A stretch of 64,000 nt of DNA from Hormiphora californensis (Eukaryota > Animalia > Ctenophora): contig CM035353.1 of assembly GCA_020137815.1 (NCBI GenBank), positions 7,068,001 to 7,132,000 on the forward strand, read 5' to 3'. The notes beneath the pieces are model-generated. The model ran no database searches and was not told where the DNA came from. It worked only from the letters and a program-made list of their open reading frames with translations. A program made the translations under genes and the position numbers. Below are positions 1 through 27,548 of this stretch, in pieces (the stretch's first letter is position 1; each line of letters begins with the position of its first letter).

Positions 1-982
1 ATGTGATTGGTTGACTTAAAAAGTGAGTTGTTGATGTTTTCAAAAAATCCGTATAACAGGCCCAAATTTTTTTGCACTTTTGCGCCTTTTCATGTTACAT
101 TAACTGTCCTAGAGGTTATAAGTCAACACCTAGAGCCTAAAATCGTAAACATAGCTCATCCTTAGACAATTTGCTATCGATTAAGCACCATAGGAGCTAA
201 AAAGACTGAACCAGTTTTCATAGGGCAGCGTTTAGAAAATGATGGTAACCCCGTGCAGCAGCAACGAGAGTGGGGTATAGAAAGAGGCCTCGTGGGAACT
301 GAGAACAACCACAGTCCGATATTAGGCATTGTATTCCGATTCAAAATCGAGTGCTAAAAACAGTGGTGAAGTCAATTTTGCTCTATCTTAAACCATTGTC
401 CCAGAAAAGCCCAACGAAATTATTTACTGGACAGCCTAGTATTAATATGCATGTGGTCGTAGAACGAGAATCGATCACGATCAGACTAGATCTAGTCTGA
501 TCGCGATTGATTCGAAGTACATTATACTATAATATACAGAAGGGATCTTGAACCTTAAGAATAAATACAGATAACTGAACAAAACACTTTGCCATCTCAT
601 CGCGAGATATAATCTGTCCCTCCCAATTGCTTCAACCATATATTGACTACATAATGCGAAAAGAGGTATTGACTATCAAGAATCAATCACTCAATCAACC
701 AACTCCGCTTAGTGGCACTTTACTAGCCGGGACATAATGGGGAGTAGAGGCATATATATGTCACTATATTACAACTGATATATAAAATAGGTTTTTACTA
801 ACACAACAATTCGGTGCAATGTCATGTGCAATGCAGTGATCCTGCGCAACAAACGTAAATAGGGATTACATATATTCACCACTGAAATTCGGGTACTTTG
901 GAACAGTTGGAGCGATAATGTTACCCCTCAACCCCCCGTTATCTAGGTAAAAGGTACCTTTTTAGCAAGGTACATACTTATA

Positions 983-1079
983 CAGTCGGACCCCGATTTA
1001 GTGGCCTCCGATTTAGAGGCACCCCGATTTAGTGGCAGGATTTTCCCCCCGAGGATACAACTAAATCGGGGTCCGACTG
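983..1079. mobile_element. Tc1/mariner-pogo-type MITE, minimal copy (CAGTCGGACCCCGATTTA family)
   Basis: TA|CAGTCGGACCCCGATTTAG...CTAAATCGGGGTCCGACTG|TA; the same TIR recurs many times in the window. Confidence 0.85.
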
Positions 1080-1714
1080 TACTATAACTATTTACTTTAA
1101 GGTACCTAAGTAAAAGCTACACGTGTGCCTATCACTGCACTGGCAAGTGCCCCGTGGCCTAATGGGGGTCTGGGGGCAAAGCCCCCAGCAATGAAAAAAC
1201 CATCCCACCCCTTCTAAGGTCATCCTAGAACATTATAAGATCAAATCTGAAAGGATAAACTCAGGCGCGGAAAATTTAATTTCGCCCGATTCGGGGCCAG
1301 TGCAGTATACCATACGGATGTGACTTTCGCCCTTTTCGAGCGTCTATTTAACCATGTTCCCGACAAGCTAGCACGCTGAAATTTTGTATGTAAAGCTACC
1401 TCAATGATATCTAATAGTGTTTAAAATTTCAAGTGGATCGATGGTTTCGTTCAAAAGTTACGAGGGGGGTCCCAAACGCTTGCTCTGTATACATACATAC
1501 ATACATACGCACCACCTTTTTGCAAAACACTTAGAGCGAAAACGGCCGGATTTAGAGCTTTTTGTCCGGGGGAAGACCCCCCATAAATTGACTATTCTAC
1601 GTGTAATAGGCTATATAAAATCCTGATTTGAGTATCGGAAGTCATTAATTATGCATAATTTATGTAAAATTTTATGAATATATCGGTATAAACTAGTTTT
1701 AGAAAATTTTCATT

Positions 1715-2462
1715 GACATATATCGACGCAAAAGAGTCGATTTATGGGGGGTCGTCCCCCGGACAAAAAGTCGTATCTCGCACCGTTTAGCCGTTATTTG
1801 CATATTTGTGCGCCGATTCACGATTTAATGCATATTCTGAATATTTTAACTTCAGCTGGTCCTAGAATGTTTACATGGACATATTTCGGCGTAGAATAGT
1901 CGATTTATGGGGGGTCGTCCCCAGGACAAAAAGTCGTATCTCGCATCGTTTAGCCGTTATTTGCATATTTATATACCGATTCATGATTTAATGCATATTC
2001 TGAATATTTCCACTTCAGCTGGTCCTAGAACGTTTTTATGGACATATTTCGACGCAGAAGAATCGATTTATGGGGGGTCGTCCCCCAGACAAAAAGTCGT
2101 ATCTCGCACCGTTTAGCCGTTATTTGCATATTTATGCACTGATTCGTGATTTAATGCATATTCTGAATATTTCCACTTCAGCTGGTCCTAGAATGTTTTC
2201 ATGGACATATTTCGACGTAGAATAGTCGATTTATGGGGGGTCGTCCCCCGGACAAAAAGTCATATCTCGCACCGTTTAGCCGTTATTTGCATATTTATGC
2301 GCCGATTCACGATTTAATGCATATTCTGAATATTTCAACTTCAGCTGGTCCTAGAATGCTTACATGGACATATTTCGGCGTAGAATAGTCGATTTATGGG
2401 GGGTCGTCTCCCGGACAAAAAGTCGTATCTCGCATCGTTTAGCCGTTATTTGCATATTTATG
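1715..2462. repeat. 163-bp tandem repeat, about 4.5 copies
   Basis: TTTATGGGGGGTCGTC recurs at about 1741, 1904, 2067, 2230 and 2393 (period 163). Confidence 0.9.
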
Positions 2463-2488
2463 TTACCTGTTTACAAAAATCAGTAGAA

Positions 2489-2750
2489 ACTAGACCAAAA
2501 AACAAAGGAAATTTGTTTGGAACACCCGTGGCCTTTTTTCGATACTTGACGCTGCGGGAAATGCACCCTTCGTCAGAGCAAGACGCGAGGAAGAGTGAGA
2601 GAGTGTGCGTATGTTAAAACTTGGAGAGCGATGTCGAGATGACACAACGATACCTAGCAGTTCAGATTATGGGTGCATTTTCCGCAGCGTCAAGTATCGA
2701 AAAAAGGCCACGGGTGTTCCAAACAAATTTCCTTTGTTTTTTGGTCTAGT
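2489..2750. mobile_element. Palindromic MITE-like element
   Basis: Arm ACTAGACCAAAAAACAAAGG...GAAATGCACCC (about 80 bp) is inverted at about 2670-2750. Confidence 0.7.
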
Positions 2751-3063
2751 ATCATATAGTTAAAAGCTACTCTTTTACAAATGTAAGGTAACAAATGTAA
2801 AAAGTTTGAGCTGATTTGACCATATATTTTCAAACTATAAATAATAATGTCACCACCCGACGCCAATAAAGTATAGCTATTCCCGAACCACGAGGATCAT
2901 AGTTATTGCCGTTAAAAGCTTTTAGAAATTATTACAAACTCGAGCTAAATCGAGATTTCACTGAATCTCTATACTATACAGTTTTATTGAGGATAAAGGA
3001 TATTGGTCACCGGAGTCGGAGAGTGCTCTCTCGCTCTCCCCCAATATTTATCCCTAAAATCTC

Positions 3064-3850
3064 GGTAAGTCGGAAGAACCTGTCCGTTCCTCTCATGAGC
3101 GCTCATGAGTGTATCATGAGTGTGTCATGAGTGTATCATGAGTGTATCATGAGCGCTCATGAGACGTTTTTAGGTGTTTCAACGTCTCATGAGCGCTCAT
3201 GAGTGTATCATGAGTGTGTCATGAGTGTATCATGAGCGCTCATGGGTGCTCATGAGACCTTGCTCATGAGCGCTCATGAGACATATGTCTCATCCCATCT
3301 CTGTTTCAATGTCTCATGAGCGCTCATGAGACGTTTTGACCTATACATGTGCTCATGAGTGTATCATGAGACATGTCTCATGAGACATATGTCTCATGAG
3401 ACGTTAGGGTTATGGTTATGGTTGGGTTCAGGGTTGGGCTAGGGTTAGGTCTTTCCTTTAGGTCTAGGGACCCGTAGAGGGTAGGGCTAGGTCCAAACTA
3501 CAAGCCTATGGGTCAACCCTAACCCTATCCCTACGGGTCCCTAGACCTAAAGGATAACCCTAACCCTAGCCCAACCATAAACCCAACCATAACCATAACC
3601 CTAACGTCTCATATGAGACATATGTCTCATGAGACATGTCTCATAATACACTCATGAGCACATGTAGGTCAAAACGTCTCATGAGCGCTCATGAGACATT
3701 GAAACAGAGATGGGATGAGACATATGTCTCATGAGCGCTCATGAGCAAGGTCTCATGAGCACTCATGAGCGCTCATGATACACTCATGACACACTCATGA
3801 TACACTCATGAGCGCTCATGAGAGGAACGGACAGGTTCTTCCGACTTACC
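3064..3850. mobile_element. Merlin-like foldback MITE with TCATGAG-type tandem repeats and a degenerate TTAGGG core
   Basis: Termini GGTAAGTCGGAAGAAC...GTTCTTCCGACTTACC; 8-bp TSD AAAATCTC (3056-3063 and 3851-3858); GGNRM termini with 8-bp TSD fit Merlin. Confidence 0.8.
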
Positions 3851-6098
3851 AAAATCTCAGGGAATAGTTCATTTCTCTCAGCTTATCTCTCAGCTAATTT
3901 CAACCAAATTTAACATTTCTTGACAGCCGTCAGCGGTCAGGCTGACATTAATCTTTCATAGATGGTTGCAATATATTCCCTCCCAAGCTGTCTCATCGCG
4001 CTTTGGTAACGAAATTACGGCCCACACTTCTAGCTCTGCATAATTTCGTTACCAATGTTGCACTGACAACAGTATCACTCATCCACCGGCCCTAACTAGG
4101 CCCTTGCTTGTACCATGCCTACTGGATTATTCATACTAGATGACACAGTACACTATTGTACCAATTTTGATTGTAATAATTATATCCTTCATGATATATA
4201 TTTATCACCTGTCAAAGCGATATGCCCCTCTGCAGCTCGCTCCGCATCAACAGCATGGACACTTTGACCACAAATTAATTTTAAACACAAATTGTACAAA
4301 AATTTGTCCGTTAAATCGGGGTGTCCGCTAAATCGGGGTCCGACTGCTGTACCAAGGAGGTGTTGGAGTTAACATATGTTACAAAGGGCTCTCGGCATTA
4401 ATAGCTATAAAACATTTGGAGGCAAAAAGGGTTGTGTCGTGTTTCACAATTAGCCTTTCTAGGGGCATGATCTACTCAGTTGCAGTGCACCGGGTGCCGA
4501 CAGTGCTCTATCACAGGGTGTATGATCTACATCATTATATGTTGTATGAATTCAATCACGAGGTTAATAATATATACTCTACTAAAATTTAAACTTTTCT
4601 CACGCACAACTTTATAGTTATGAAATTGAAAAATCCAATGTCTATAAGACTTTTTTAAACATTTATGCATATATCGATATAAAATAAAAAGTGCAGTACC
4701 TCATGCAATTGTTCCTAACACATCTTTTCAATGGAGCGTGACCATCTCTTGGTGAGGTATCTTATTGCAACTCATTCTGCCCCGACCTTATTATATAATC
4801 ACTATAATTAAAACCAATAATTCCCATGCAGATTACAATAAACAGAGAGGTGACGGTATAAATTTCTATACATATTTAGTATGCCGATACTCTGTGAGGG
4901 CGCGAATTATACTGAACAATATAAAACCAGGATGAGTTTCATATCAATTGTTTTCGTTTTTATAAGGCTATTTATAAACACTATTTTTGTGTCTGGGATA
5001 ATTAGAGCTGCCAATGCTGGCTATAAGACATCCAAATGTCACAATTTTAAACATTCTGATCCTGAAAAAGTATAGCGCTGGAAAGCATCCTGTTTTGGAA
5101 TGTTTTTCTACACGACAAAAAAGTCTGAAAAAACCCCAAAACTCTTGAAAAATCAAACAAATAAGATAGAAGAAAAGTTTTAGGTATTTTGTCAAAATAT
5201 TTACAGTCGGACCTGAATAATACCGATTTACCGGAACTCCTATTTACTATTATACTGGAACCTTTATACTTACCTACCGGACCGATGTATTATTTCCAAA
5301 GAGGTATTGCAATAGTTAACCGAGTTCTGCCCGTGTATGTGTGAGATTCCCCATTAAATTGTTGTACAGAGGGCGTGTGTGTGTGTGTGTGTTGATCACC
5401 AGAAGGAGATATCAAAATTACTTCCCTTAATGATTGTTTTACAATATTATATTGTAAAGCAATCATTAGGGTCAGCACACGCCAACGTTAAAATCAAAAT
5501 TAAAATTATGATTTTAACGCCGCACACACCAGCGGCCGTTAAAATTTCTCTCCCCCATTCTAAAAGTTACGATCTCGCGCTTGTTACTTTCGTAACCCTC
5601 GCTTCGCACCGGGGTTGCGTAATCTGACAATCTCGCGCGCCAGTTTGACGGGCGTTAAAATTTTAACCCGAAGGAAAACCTATAACGATTATCGATAACT
5701 TTATAAGAATAAGAAAAATGGCGACGAGACAAGTAGTTATACAGTGTCTGTGTAGCGACAAGGCCTACTATATATTGTCTTGACGAGATAGTCATAGTAG
5801 AGAATGGAGTGGCCATGCAAGGGCTTATGAGGAGCATAATGAGTAGTAGAAAAAAGGTATGAACCGGCAACCTTTGTGATCGCCGAGTTTTCATGATTAC
5901 TATAACAGAGGACAGAGGTCGCCGGAATACCTTAATTTCCTACTACTGAGATAATTATAACTTATATATAAGTTATATTAATGGTATAAATTAATTATTG
6001 TCAAGTCTCGATCGATAGTTCATCAACCGTCTAGTCAATTCAATTCAATTGGGATTCCCTGGAGTTGTCTCCAGTTTCTATAGTATATAATAATGTAT

Positions 6099-8701
6099 AT
6101 ACTGACGGTGCTAGTTGAACATATATATATTCTAGCCCATGTCATGACGCACCATCACTATTACAAAAAGGGATGGGAGAGAAAGCGGAGGGGGGTGGTC
6201 CCGCCCAAGCAGAAAAATACAGAATATTTATGATGTGTGACTTCGTAGTCGAGGAATCATATTAGATTTTCCTTCACTCACAACTTTATTATAGTTATAC
6301 CATTGCGATGACTGAAAAATCCAAGTTAAATATTTCGCATAAATATTCGCTAATTTATGCTTGACCGCATATATTACATACATGCAGTTGCATTCCCCTT
6401 TCTCTCCCCGAATATAATATATGGCATATGCTAATAATTTTAGGACTTAGGGTCAGCACACACGGTTTGACCCTAACTCGCGGGTATATGCGAATATAAA
6501 ATAACTCGGAACAGTGCACAACTCGAGGTATGAGTAAATTCAGCTGGCGTACGTTCCACATCCTGATTAATTGGTATTTGATGTGGCTGTCTGATATGGC
6601 GACACCCTTAATGGATCAAATTTTTCATCTAGCTTAATATAATCTGCAGCTTCATCTCATGATATTATAAGGCCTAATTTATGTATTTACAACGAAGGAG
6701 TACTTTAACAGCTTACATCGGCGTGACTGCATATATAATAAGCTGTATTAAGCTGCTTCAGGGGCCCTTTATCCCCCCTTAGAATCTTCTAATCTAGGAT
6801 TGAAATTGGATTCTAGATTTTTTGTATTTAAGCTACAGGGGAAAAAGTCGAGCCTGTACCTGGGAATCCCAGTGGGATTCAGGAACGACTGTTTTCGCCT
6901 GAATAATGCCCCACTCCTTTCATACCTTTCATGTGTTACACAAACCAGTCAATGTGACCGTGATCTACTGCAGTAGATCACGGTCACATTGACGTAACTC
7001 TTTTGTTGCTAATTTTAGAAAGACAATGGGGCAATCATATCAAGCAAAAAGTTCTAAGAAAGGGCATTTTATGATTTGCAACATTGCATTTGCAAGGAAA
7101 AGTCACGGCAAGAATTCTATATAATTATACACTGAAAAGTATAAACTTGCTTGCAAAATGGAGTAAGCGGGAAAGTATAATAGAATTGAATAAAAAGGTC
7201 GATAATTATATACTACAGTCCACGGCCATAACCAAAGAACTGGCTGAGAATCAAGATCTTGATTCTCAGCCAGTTCTTTGGTTATGGCCGTGGACTGTAG
7301 TACATTATCTCGAGAGAGTTCAGAATCTTATTATCAACGAACAAATGGCGACATTTGTTGCCGACATTTCAATTACTTATAGTACACTGAAGACATTGAA
7401 TTGTGCGTGATGGGGGAGCAATGTGTGAACTGTGATTAGGGGGAGAAAATGAAATTGAAGTAGAGATTGGACTATTTCAACACCGTCGACAATTAATTGT
7501 CGACGGTGCTGAAATAGTCCAATCTCTACTTCATTTCATTGATTCAAAAAATGTGGAAAATATATGAAAGGTGCAGTAGAACCATTATAGTTGCTGCAGC
7601 TATAATTGGAATGGGCCGGTGACTGCAGGTGGAAACCAAAATGCAATCGATTCCTATATTGCATGATCATATACATGATATATGATATAATTAATAAACA
7701 AAACAAATAACAGCAATAATAATATCAGTATTCAGTATAAGGTACGATGATGATAAGATTGTGTAGACTGTAGGTTCTCGTGCTCCTACTTGTTTTTCTT
7801 TCAGTATATCTATTATCTCTGGTTCTGCTGGTATGCCGTGATTATATTTGAAGAGAGAAGAGAGAGAGAGAAGAGAGAGAAAAGATGAATAATACAGAAG
7901 TGGAAACATATTTTAGATATAGGGAGGGTCTAATTCCTTCAAGACAATTATAATAGCCGACCTACTCAGGGGGAAATTATAGCAATCGCAGCTGTCATTT
8001 ATTTGTTATAATATCGTGGGAATAGAAATTAGAGAGAGGATATATCGAGAAAATGTGAGGTCATGGTCGGAGACAACGAGACCTAGGGGCTTAACGCCGA
8101 TTGGAGAATGAATTAGAAAGTAACAAAAGTGAAGGAAACCACTGTTTTTTAGTAACCATATGAGTCAAATATTAGTTCCCGTCAGACACTAACATGCATG
8201 AGTTTCAGGAACGACTGTTTATGCAGATTACTGACCCCTTTTTCTATGGCCATGCGCTATCATCATCACACGATTTTATTGTTCCGCTGTTCGGAGAGAA
8301 TTAAATTAAGGGGAGGATAGACAGAGACACTGCAGAGACAGACCATATGTCAGTAAATGAGATTGACATGGATATATAAACGTTTAAACAAAAGCCCGTG
8401 AGGTGCAAATCTAATTTTTCCTTCCCCCTTGAAACAAGGATCCCTTAGAAACATTTTCATTTGCTGAAGCTTGACAAAATATGCTGCTACTTTTACTTCT
8501 GCTACAAGCTGCAGTTGTTTGTTCAGGAGCAACTACAGGTTATCTTTCATTCCTTCGCTCAACTGGGAAACAGTATCACACACATGAGGTATTAAGCAAA
8601 CTTAATTAAAATAATTTCTTGTTAGGTAATACGGATAATTAAACAAAATTTAATAGGTGATTTCAAAACATGGGGGGGGGGATATTTAACTATATTGCAT
8701 A
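6099..8701 (+). repeat. Local duplication, copy 1 (upstream region, exon 1 and start of intron 1 of the cathepsin gene)
   Basis: Collinear with 10425-13256 from ATACTGACGGTGCTAG to TTAACTATATTGCATA, with small indels. Confidence 0.92.
8481..8588 (+). CDS. Duplicated exon 1 of the cathepsin-like gene (signal peptide); alternative first exon or orphan exon
   Basis: MLLLLLLLQAAVVCSGATTGYLSFLRSTGKQYHTHE followed by a GT donor; differs from 13038-13145 by GCAACT vs GCGAGT. Confidence 0.65.
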
Positions 8702-11700
8702 TTATCAAGGGGGTTGTGTATATTACACTTTCTCCGACACGGGACTCAAGCACGGGGGTGCAGGTAGCCTACTGCAGCAGGTGGGGTGTGACAGTGATTT
8801 CTTTTTGTGTGCATGAAAATGCAGAATCGGTTAGGGACCGTTCCCTCCTCCCAATGGCTTGTTGACATAGCCCTAACCAAGCCAGCGGAGGGGATTAAGA
8901 GCTCAAACGGGCATACGATCCACATCTTATATGACTGTGAGAGTCTAATACAGATGGTGTATGCAGTATGGGCTTGGCTGAAACCCCAAACTATAGTGCC
9001 TCAATATTGTGGTTGAGTAGAGATAGCTAACTGGGGGACAAGGAGTGCCATTTTATCTTTTTTCTACATGCGAGAAGCAAAATATACACTGTTTTGTTGC
9101 ATCTTTTACTTGCCAGCGCTGTCTTGTCTACCATTAAGTCTCCTCTGGAGGAGACTTAACAAATCTCACTTTTCTCGATATTTGAGTGAGATATTGCGTG
9201 AACTATGACGTCATTGTCGCTTCAATTTGGCCCAAATCACGTGATTTTACCACGTGATTAGGGGGTTACGCAAGGTTTGGAGAGCTTGTGTAAAACTTCA
9301 AAAAAAAAAAAAAAAAACTTCACTTACTACCCCTCAATTTTCACTAAGCAAGATTTCTAAAGAGTTTCGTCGACACAAACCATGCTTAAGGGGTGTGAAA
9401 ATCAATTAGAAGGTGTGAAAAGAGAGTTACGCAACGTTTTTAAGTGTGCTTAAAGTTTCGTCGAAGAGCCCAAGGAGGGTAATTGGAATATAACAGCGAT
9501 CGCAGTCTTATATATGGACAACTCCAGGGAATCCCAATTGAATTTAACTGACTAGACGGTTGACGAACTATAGGTATACCTATACATATATGTTTCTCGG
9601 GGAAACTTTTCCTAACCGGAACTATATGCTGTGTATATAGTACATAACTCCCTCCCGCGCGTGCATCTATTCAATAGACGCACTGCAGAGCAGTGCGTCT
9701 ATTGAGCTGTAATGCACGGGTCCCGAAGGGACCCGTGCGTTACAGCCCTGTAAATCCCGAGCGTCAGCGAGGGGTTTACAGGTATATCTGCACGTTAGGG
9801 AGGGAGTTGTGTTCTATAGACCCCGCTGGCGGGCACCTAGAAGCAAAACAAGCACAAATTAGGTGGTTGACACAGAGAGAGCTCACACAAAACGGGTCAA
9901 ACAGTTAGAAATGAAGCTACAGAGTGCCTCTCTACATTCCTACACACTCGTAACAATCGTCGTAACAGTTTCAAAGGGTGGAATGCAGAGAGAGATTACA
10001 GTTAATTGTGGGTCATGAGCAACAGTTGCAACAGACTGGCGGGCGCCAAATATAAACAGAGAGCGTTGTAGGTTGTACACACACTCCCTCTTGTGTTGTC
10101 ATGTCATTTTATCGTGTTTCCAGTGATTCTTTGTGATCTTTACAAAAATCTGTCAGAGGGCGTGCGTCTATCGAGACACAAACTCACGGCAGTGCACGGC
10201 CCAATAGACCAGTGCAAATTGTTTGAGCGCGCCGTGCGTCTATTTGAGCCGGCGGGGTCTATATTTATATAAATATATGATTTAAACAGTATGCAACTCA
10301 CAGAAAGGGAGAGGGAGAAAGAGGAAGCGACTAGAGAGAGAGAGAAAGAGAGAGAGAGAGCACGGGGACACTGACAGTCAATGAAACCAAGGTTGCGCCA
10401 GGTACGGTGTCTATATGTCACCAAATACTGACGGTGCTAGTTGAACATATATATTCTAGCCCATGTCATGACGCACCATCACTAACTATTACAATAAAGG
10501 GATGGGAGAGAAAGCGAGGGGGAGGGGGGGGGGTCCCGCCCAAGCAAAAATATACAGAATATTTATGATGTGTGACTTCGTAGTCGAGGAATTATATTAT
10601 AGCTACCATTAAGATTTTCCTTCACTCACAACTTTATTATAGTTATACCATTGCGATGACTGAAAAATCCAAGTTAAATATTTCGCATATAATATTCGCT
10701 AATTTATGCTTGACCGCATATATTACATACATGCAGTTGCATTCCCCTTTCTCTCCCCGAATATATATGGCATATGCTAATAATTTTAGGACTTAGGGTC
10801 AGCACACACGGTTTGACCCTAACTCGCGGGTATATGCGAATATAAAATAACTCGGAACAGTGCACAACTCGAGGTATGAGTAAATTCAGCTGGCGTACGT
10901 TCCACATCCTGATTAATTGGTATTTGATGTGGCTGTCTGATATGGCGACACCCTTAATGGATCAAATTTTTCATCTAGCTTAATATAATCTGCAGCTTCA
11001 TCTCATGATATAAGGCCTATAAATTTATATATTTACAAGGAAGGGGTACTTTAACAGCTTACATCGGCGTGACTGCATATATAATAAGCTGTAAGCTGCT
11101 TCAGGGGCCCTTTATCCCCCCTTAGAATCTTCTAATCTAGGATTGAAATTGGATTCTAGATTTTTTGTATTTTAAGCTACAGGGGAAAAAGTCGAGATTC
11201 AGGAACGACTGTTTTCGCCTGAATAATGCCCCAGTGCCCCACTCCTTTCATACCTTTCATGTGTTACACAAAAGAGTCAATGTGACCGTGATCTACAGTA
11301 GATCACGGTCACATTGACGTAACTCTTTTGTTGCTAATTTTAGAAAGACAATGGGGCAATCATATCGCGGCGTCATACACATTTTCATTTGGAATTTTCA
11401 CTTGGAATTTTCATTTGAAAACCATCCACGCGCATGCACGTGCAAGCTTCAAACACAAGTTAGAACCATGGGACCTTCACTAAAGTGATCCTTGGATCAA
11501 AACAAATAAGTTAGTGAAGGTCCGGTGCTTCTAACTTGTGTTTGAAGCTTGCACGTGCATGCGCGTGGATGGTTTTCAAATGAAAATTCCAAATGAAAAT
11601 TCCAAATAAAAATGTGTATGACGGACTGTATCAAGCAAAAGGTTCTAAGAAAGGGCATTTTATGATTTGCAACATTGCAAGGAAAAGTCACTGCAAGAAT

Positions 11701-13037
11701 TCTATAATTATACACTGAAAAGCATAAACTTGCTTGCAAAATGGAGTAAGCGGGAAAGTATAATAGAATTGAATAAAAAGTTCGATACTACAGTCCACCA
11801 TAACCAAAGAACTGGCTGAGAATCAAGCACATGAGATCTCATGTGAGATCTCATGATAGAGTTCAGAATCTTATTATCAACGAACAAATGGCGACATTTG
11901 TTGCCGACATTTCAATTACTTAGTACACTGAAGACATTGAATTGTGCGTAATGGGGGAGCAATGTGTGAACTGTGATTTGGGGGAGAAAATGAAATTGAA
12001 GTAGAGATTGGACTATTTCAACACCGTCGACAATTAATTGTCGACGGTGTTGAAATAGTCCAATCTCTACTTTATTTCATTGATTCAAAAAATGTGGAAA
12101 ATATATGAAAGGTGTAGAACCATAGTTGCTGCAGCTATAATTAGAATGGGCCGGTGACTGCAGGTGGAAACCAAAATGCAATCGATTCCTATATTGCATG
12201 ATCATATACATGATATATGATACATGATATGATATATGATATAATTAATAAACAAAACAAATAACAGCAATAATAATATCAGTATTTGCAGTACATATAA
12301 GGTACGATGTACCATGTGTATCATCATGATGATAAGATCGTGTAGACTGTAGGTTCTCGTGCTCCTACTTGTTTCTCTTTCAGTATATCTCTGGTTCTGC
12401 TGGTATGCCGTGATTATATTTGAAGAGAGAGAGAGAGAGAAGAGATGAATAATACAGAAGTGGGAACATATTTTAGGTATAGGGAGGGTCTAATTCCTTC
12501 AAGACAATTATAGCCGACCTACTCAGGGGGAAATTATAGCAATCGCAGCTGTCATTTATTTGTTACAATATCGTGGGAATTATAGAAAGAGAGAGGATAT
12601 ATCGAGAAAATGTGAGGTCATGGTCGGAGACAACGAGGCCTAGGGGCTGAACGCCGATTGGAGAATGAATTAGAAAGTAACAAAAGGGAAGGAAACCACT
12701 GTTATTTAGTAACCATATGAGTCAAATATTAGTTCCCGTCAGACACTAACATGCATGAGTTTCAGGAACGACTGTTTACGCAGATTACTGACCCCTTTTT
12801 CTATGGCCATGCGCTATCATCATCACACGATTTTACTTTTTCGCTGTTCGGAGAGAATTAAATTAAGGGGAGGGTAGACAGAGACACCGCAGAGACAGAC
12901 CATATGTCAGTAAATGAGATTGACATGGATATATAAACGTTTAAACAAAAGCCCGTGAGGTGCAAATCTAATTTTTCCTTCCCCCTTGAAACAAGGATCC
13001 CTTAGAAACATTTTCATTTGCTGAAGCTTGACAAAAT

Positions 13038-26159
<13,122 letters not shown>

Positions 26160-26884
26160 TTATACTATTTTGATTGGTTTCCCGTTGCAGGGATTCCATG
26201 AAACGTGTGTTGCGTCCTAAATACAGCTGTATTATTTCGTTGTACTATTTTGATTTAGTTATATCAATATATGCGTGGCGTTGCCATGAATTGATTCTTT
26301 GTTTCTTTAAATCAAACATATCATTATCACCAGGAGTTGTTTTAGCCACACACACGATCTAGACACGCAAATTAGATCATCCACCACCGCACACGTGTGT
26401 TTTCAGCTAAAATAACAAATATACATGTGGCTCACATCCTTCTTGGTTGAATGGTACGCTTGTTGCTTGTTCTCTCTGTCAGGTGTCAACATTGATGATT
26501 TCCTAGGTGACTCATTTAGCTCCAATTATTCTGTTGTCAGAACGTTTGTTTTGAGGTTAATACCAACTTGGTATTAAAGCTAGATAATCTTGAAGATGTC
26601 AAGTTGAAAATTAAGAAAAAGATAAAAAGAACTTCTTTAAATTTTGACAAGCACTTGTTTTCACTATGAAGTTCCCCTGACCTTTTGGACCTAAAAAGAT
26701 AAACGACTCTATATAAAGAGGCCGTTTCAATTCATAGATACGTCGTCTTTCAAACCGCCATGCAAACTATATTTCTCATAATCATAATCCCGATTCATTA
26801 AGATCAGACAGTGGTGGTTGTAGTGGAGATTCGGCGGTTACCGTAATGGCGCGGACTTTGCTTTTGTCAACAAGCTGTTAAAAG

Positions 26885-27144
26885 GGTAAGTCGGAAGAAC
26901 GTGTCCATTTGTCTCATGAGCGCTCATGAGTGTATCATGAGTGTGTCATGACATATGTCTCATGAGACGTTAGGGTTATGGTTATGACTTATGGTTGGGT
27001 TTAGGGTTGGGCTAGGGTTAGGGCTATCCCTTAGGTCTAGGTCTAACCCTAGCCCAACCCTAACCCTAACCCTAACTCAACGTCTCAGGAGACATGTCTC
27101 ATGATGCTCTCATAAGACAAACGGACACGTTCTTCCGACTTACC
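26885..27144. mobile_element. Short copy of the Merlin-like MITE
   Basis: Same GGTAAGTCGGAAGAAC TIR; 8-bp TSD GTTAAAAG. Confidence 0.82.
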
Positions 27145-27548
27145 GTTAAAAGTGCATTTGGTCAGAACGTCATAGCGCATTGATTGAACCCGTTTGCCCG
27201 TCGTTTTACAGTGTTGAACGGATACCGTATTCTCACTACAAGCACCCACGTAAAATGCAGAGAAAAGTTTTGGGTAATATCAACTATCAAGGCAATTATA
27301 CAAGGTGGCCCTTAACAGATTCTAAAATCCTTTTACTATTGGTACCAATAGGAGTTGATTTACAAAATTTCAAGAAATTCTGACCAGCCGTTCGTTATCT
27401 TCCCCAAAGGGTTACGCCCTGATACAATTTGAATTTCTCTTTCATCCCTTCAACCATCCGCAACTGACCCCCTACTGCCTTTTAACACAGCTCCCTGCCT
27501 TAATCGACTCGGCAGCAGGGCTGGCAGAATATAACAACTGCACAGCTC

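Larger units (their letters stand above)
6015..9571. mobile_element. Inverted-repeat-bounded segment carrying a captured host fragment (Pack-TIR-like)
   Basis: About 55-bp inverted repeats at 6015-6069 and 9517-9571, TA at the outer edges, enclosing copy 1 of the 2.6-kb duplication. Confidence 0.55.

Noticed and set aside
1715-2462. Regular repeats resembling a CRISPR array
   Set aside because: The whole 163-bp unit repeats, with no unique spacers and no cas genes, in a eukaryotic context
5655-5894. 79-aa ORF with a signal-peptide-like start
   Set aside because: No recognisable domain or splice support; compatible with chance
8350-8532. Duplicated minus-strand ORF (also 12907-13140)
   Set aside because: Antisense shadow of cathepsin exon 1
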